DNA from: an uncultured Gemmatimonadaceae bacterium
GTDB taxonomy: Bacteria; Gemmatimonadota; Gemmatimonadetes; Gemmatimonadales; Gemmatimonadaceae
DNA: 64,000 bases
Direction of reading: 5' to 3'
NCBI GenBank assembly: GCA_963843845.1
Contig: CAWJMB010000002.1
Coordinates: forward strand, 1,664,001-1,728,000
In this document: positions 60,427-64,000 of the stretch, one piece after another
Layout: each line of letters begins with the position of its first letter
Position numbering within the stretch: position 1 is the first letter of the stretch
Notes under the pieces: generated by a model
What the model was told of the DNA's origin: nothing
The model's input: the letters and a program-made list of their open reading frames with translations, nothing else
Database searches by the model: none
Program-made: the position numbers and the translations under genes

Positions 60427-62117
60427 GGTGGCGTCGCGTGAGGCACCTTGCCGCGATGTGCGGGCTCGTCGTCGGTGCGGCCCCCGTCGCGGCGGCGCAG
60501 CAGGCGAGCGCGCTCGCCCGCGCGCTCGACTTCGAGAGCGCGAACAGGATGCGTGACGCGATCGTCGCATTCCGCGAGGCCTACCACAACGCGGGGACCG
60601 ACGACGAGTCGCGCACGTCGGCGATTCTCGGACTCGAGCGTGCGTTCGCGTCGCTCGGTCAGGTGGACTCCATTCTCCCGGTCGTCGAGCCGGCGATGCG
60701 CGCCAAGCCGCGCGACCCGACGCTGCGCACGATCCAGCTCCGCGCGCTGCACATGCTCGGTCGAGAGGACGAGGTGCGGGCCGCGTTCGACCGGTGGCGT
60801 GCCGCCATTCCCGATGACGCCGCGCCCTACCGGGAGTACGCGCGCCAGCTGCTGACCGCGGGCCGCGCCGCGGCCGCCGACACGGTGCTCAAGCTCGCCG
60901 CACGCATGCTCCGCGGCTCGCGTGAGCTGGCGCTGGAGACTGCGCAGACGCAGGCGTCGTTAGGCCTGTGGTCGCAATCCGCGACGTCGTGGCGCGAGTC
61001 GCTGTCGCGCGTCGCGTACGCCGAGGCCGCGGCCGTGTTCTCGTTGCAGGGTGCGCCGCCGGCGGCGCGCGATTCGATCCGCGCCGTCCTCCTCGCGCCG
61101 CCGCCGTCGCTGCCCGTGCGCCGAACGCTCGCGACCCTGCTCCTCGCGTGGCGTCAGCCGACCGATGCGTGGACGGCGCTCGCCGACGTCGCCCCTGACG
61201 ACTCGGCCGTCGCCGCTTGGCGCGATTTCGCGGCCCGCGCGGAGGACGCCGAGGCGTGGAGCGCAGCGCGCGACGCGTGGGCGCGCGTGGCGGACCGCCG
61301 CGGCGGGGCGGTCGCGTATCTTCGCGCCGCCACGGCGGCGCTCGCCGCGCGCGATCCGGCGTCGGCGCTGGCGCTCCTCGACCGGGCGCGCGACTCCGCG
61401 TCGACACGGACGGCCACCGTGCTCCGGATCGAGGCGCTCGCCGGACTCGGTCGCGCAGCGGACGCGGCGCAGGCCGCGAGCGTGTCGTCGTCGGCCCTCG
61501 GCGCCGGAGATCGGGCGCGCCTCGCCGTGGTCGTCGCCGACGCGTGGGTGCGCGCCGGGGATGTCACGAAGGCGCGCGCCGCGCTCGCCGCGTCTGGCGA
61601 GTCGGCGGAGAGCGCGGCGAGTGGGTGGCTCGCGCTCTACGACGGCGACCTCGCGCAGGCGCGCACGCTGCTCAAACGGCCGACCGACTCGCCGAGCATC
61701 GACCCGGCGCTGGGCATGACTGCGCTGGCGCTGCTGTCGCGCACGCGCGCCACGTCGGCGCCTGTCGTCGGCGAGGCGTTCCTCAGCGCGGCGCGCGGAG
61801 ATTCGGCGCGTGCGATCGAGCGGTTCGAGAGCGCGGTCACGTCGGTGCCCGAGGCGGCGTCGCTGCTGCTCGCGGCTTCGGCGCGGCTCCGGCTCGCGCG
61901 GCGCGACACGACGGGTGCGGTGGCGCGATGGCAGACCATCATGAGCGCCCACGGCGACTCGCCCGAGGCGCCCGAAGCCGAACTCGCGTGGGCACGCGTG
62001 CTGATCGGACGCGGCGATCGCGCGGCGGCAGCCGAGAAGCTCGAGCACCTGATCGTCACCTATCCGCGGAGCGCGCTCGTCCCGATCGCGCGCCGCGAGC
62101 TGGAGCGGAGTCGATGA
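60423..62117 (+). CDS. Exported tetratricopeptide-repeat protein
   Basis: Signal peptide; Ala-rich helical repeats; C-terminal LIVTYPRSALVPIARREL. Confidence 0.75.
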   Translation: MRWRRVRHLAAMCGLVVGAAPVAAAQQASALARALDFESANRMRDAIVAFREAYHNAGTDDESRTSAILGLERAFASLGQVDSILPVVEPAMRAKPRDPTLRTIQLRALHMLGREDEVRAAFDRWRAAIPDDAAPYREYARQLLTAGRAAAADTVLKLAARMLRGSRELALETAQTQASLGLWSQSATSWRESLSRVAYAEAAAVFSLQGAPPAARDSIRAVLLAPPPSLPVRRTLATLLLAWRQPTDAWTALADVAPDDSAVAAWRDFAARAEDAEAWSAARDAWARVADRRGGAVAYLRAATAALAARDPASALALLDRARDSASTRTATVLRIEALAGLGRAADAAQAASVSSSALGAGDRARLAVVVADAWVRAGDVTKARAALAASGESAESAASGWLALYDGDLAQARTLLKRPTDSPSIDPALGMTALALLSRTRATSAPVVGEAFLSAARGDSARAIERFESAVTSVPEAASLLLAASARLRLARRDTTGAVARWQTIMSAHGDSPEAPEAELAWARVLIGRGDRAAAAEKLEHLIVTYPRSALVPIARRELERSR

Positions 62118-63376
62118 AGCGGACGTGGATCGCGTTGGGCACGACGCTCGTCTTGAGCGCGCGCACGATGAGCGCGCAGATGCTGCTCGTGCCGATGGAC
62201 GACGGGCAGCAGAACCATCTCAAGGCCTACGGCCTCGTCTACAACGCGCTCAAGGACGGGCAGAAGGCCGAGTGGCTGCTGAACTACCGCGGCGGGGCGT
62301 TCTTCCTCCCGGACCTGTCGGAGGTACGGCGTCGCGCCGCGCTCGCCGGCGTGACGATCGAGCCGGAGACCGCCGCGGCGATCGACGGCATCCGCCGCGA
62401 GCTGGCGTCGGGGAACATGGACGCCGTGCCACTGGAGAAGGCGCCGAAGGTCGCCATCTACACGCCCCCCAACTCGCCCCCGTGGGACGACGCGGTGACG
62501 CTCGCGCTGCGCTACGCGGGCATCGAGTTCGAGAAGATCTGGGACGACCAGGTGCTCAACGGCGACCTGTCGAAGTACGACTGGGTGCACCTGTTCCACG
62601 AGGACTTCACCGGCCAGCAGAACAAGCTGTACCTCGGCTACCGCGACGCACCGTGGTACGTGGAGCAGCGGCAGCGCGCGCTCGCCACGGCCCAACAGTT
62701 CTCGATCGCCGGCGGCGTGCCGGGGGTGAAGAAGGCGGTCGCCGATCGGATCCGTCAGTACGTCGAGAATGGCGGCTTTCTCTTCGCGATGTGCGGCGCG
62801 ACCGAGTCGCTCGATCTCGCCGATCGCGGGACGCGACGTGGATTTCGCGGGGCCGCAGGTCGACGGCACGCCCCCCGACCCGGACGCCGACCGCAAGTTC
62901 GCGTGGGCACGATCGTTCGCGTTCAAGGGCGCGCACGTCGAGGGGCCGTTCGTGAACGCGTTGAGCGACATCGACGGACATCAGGTGAACGTCCCCGGCC
63001 GGCGCCAGCCGTTAGGCGCCTTCACGCTGTTCGGCTTCGCCGCGAAGTTCGATCCGGTGGCCACGATGCTCGTGCAGAACCACCGCGCCGTCATCGCCGA
63101 CTATTACGGCGTCACGACGTCGTTCAACAAGGCGACGTTGAAGCCCGGCGTGACGGTGCTGGCGACCGAAGAGGGCGCGCCATGGGTCAAGTACATCCAT
63201 GGTGACTCGGCAAGGGCTCCTGGACGTTCCTCGGCGGTCACGACCCCGAGGACCCGCAGCATGCGATCGGCAACGCGCCCACCGACCTCTCGCTCCACCC
63301 GACGTCTCCGGGATACCGGCTGATTCTGAACAACGTGCTGTTTCCCGCCGCGAAGAAGAAACCGTTGAAGACCTGA
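62114..63376 (+). CDS. Exported class-I glutamine-amidotransferase-like protein (frameshifted)
   Basis: QQNHLKAYG, WLLNYRGG, PWDDAVTL, HEDFTGQ, GGFLFAMC, GGHDPED, GYRLILNNVLFPAA. Confidence 0.75.
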
Positions 63377-63382
63377 AAGCGC

Positions 63383-63427
63383 CGGGGATCGCGGTGAGGC
63401 GGGTAGTCGTCACATCCCCGATCCCCG
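63383..63427. repeat. Intergenic inverted repeat of the heptamer family; possible terminator
   Basis: CGGGGATCG ... CATCCCCGATCCCCG. Confidence 0.5.
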
Positions 63428-63455
63428 TCTCGTGTTCGGTGTATCTTTGGAGGCC

Positions 63456-64000
63456 ATGCCTCCTGCCCGCGCCACCCTCCCTGTCTCGACCGACGGCCGC
63501 CTCACGCGTCAGGCGGCGGCAGCGATCCGGGCAGCGATCCGGCTCGCGGGGGGACGGGAGGTGTGCTTCGCGTGTCAGCTCGACGACGCCGGCGTCGTGT
63601 CGAGCGCGCGCGTCGTGTCGCGCGGAGACGTCCGAAGTGTGCTGGCGCTCCCCGGGTTCGCCGAGCGCGGCGAGATGCTCGTTCACAACCATCCGTCGGG
63701 CTTGCTGGAGCCGTCGCACGCGGATCTCGACGTCGCGTCGCGCGTGTTCGGCAACGGCGTCGGATTCGGCATCGTCGACAACGACGCGACGGAGCTGTAC
63801 GTCGTCGTCGAAGTGCCGCCGGCCAAGGCGACGCTCGATGTCGACCCGGCTGACGTCGACGCGACGTTGGGCCCTGACGGCCCGATCGCGCGCCGCATGC
63901 GCCGCTACGAAGACCGGCCGAGTCAGCGCACGATGGCGACGGAGATCACCCGGCTCTACAACGACGGCGGCGTCGGACTCCTCGAGGCGGGGACCGGCGT
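63456..64000 (+). CDS. DinG-family helicase with N-terminal JAB/RadC-like domain (3' end is outside the window)
   Basis: Manual translation: GGREV..HNHPSGLLEPSHADL (JAMM motif), Q-motif YEDRPSQ, start of Walker A LLEAGTG. Confidence 0.85.
   Translation, partial: MPPARATLPVSTDGRLTRQAAAAIRAAIRLAGGREVCFACQLDDAGVVSSARVVSRGDVRSVLALPGFAERGEMLVHNHPSGLLEPSHADLDVASRVFGNGVGFGIVDNDATELYVVVEVPPAKATLDVDPADVDATLGPDGPIARRMRRYEDRPSQRTMATEITRLYNDGGVGLLEAGTG

Larger units (their letters stand above)
16457..63017. repeat. Dispersed octamer CGTTAGGC/GCCTAACG, at least 17 exact copies
   Basis: CGTTAGGC at 18932, 21250, 23936, 25070, 26007, 27236, 29963, 60958, 63010; GCCTAACG at 16457, 22540, 30616, 31775, 34436, 37700, 50115, 59197. 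Confidence 0.85.

Noticed and set aside
16457..63017. GCCTAAC / GTTAGGC as integron attC core sites (they match RYYYAAC / GTTRRRY)
   Set aside because: The copies are never paired within about 60-140 bp, lie inside housekeeping genes, and there is no integrase or cassette array
18932..63017. bldA-style regulation by rare TTA codons
   Set aside because: The TTA codons share a fixed DNA context that also appears in other frames, as stop codons and on the non-coding strand, and they occur in essential genes
62114..63376. Asparagine synthetase call often attached to this family
   Set aside because: It has a signal peptide and lacks the N-terminal Cys Ntn domain and the SGGLDS ATP-binding motif
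1..64000. Frequent GCGATCGC / CGATCG (HIP1-like) words
   Set aside because: Readily explained by preferred codons (GCG ATC GCx) at this GC content; enrichment cannot be claimed without a computed null

Overview
High-GC (roughly 70% or more by eye) bacterial core-chromosome segment. Gene content and protein style suggest Gemmatimonadota; that assignment is inferred. It holds about 55 genes for translation (prfA-prmC, rpsF-rpsR-rplI-rsfS, rplY-pth-ychF, rimO, rsmI, tRNA-Gln), metabolism (prs, ispE, tmk, aroF, pdxJ, mce, trxA, an oxoprolinase pair), chromosome maintenance (smc, DinG) and many envelope functions. I found no mobile element, prophage or CRISPR array. Frameshifts cluster in three blocks (about 1-5.4 kb, 36.3-48.2 kb and 55.2-63.3 kb) and hit essential genes, so they look like uncorrected sequencing indels. 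The most notable observations are: (1) a non-palindromic octamer CGTTAGGC/GCCTAACG present at least 17 times, in both orientations and in several reading frames, where it imposes otherwise avoided TTA/AGG codons. It is a candidate uptake-sequence or HIP1-like genome signature. (2) Two neighbouring Ig-repeat surface lipoproteins (1175 and 747 aa) with no Lys, no His and no internal Met; the larger one has S-layer-like expression signals. (3) A Walker-A-less ParA/BY-kinase-like-TM-SPOR protein whose stop abuts smc. (4) Signs of Bacteroidota-like envelope conventions: Gln at +1 after signal peptides, D-S/T sequons, an Lnb-like DUF4105 protein and a T9SS-like C-terminal domain.
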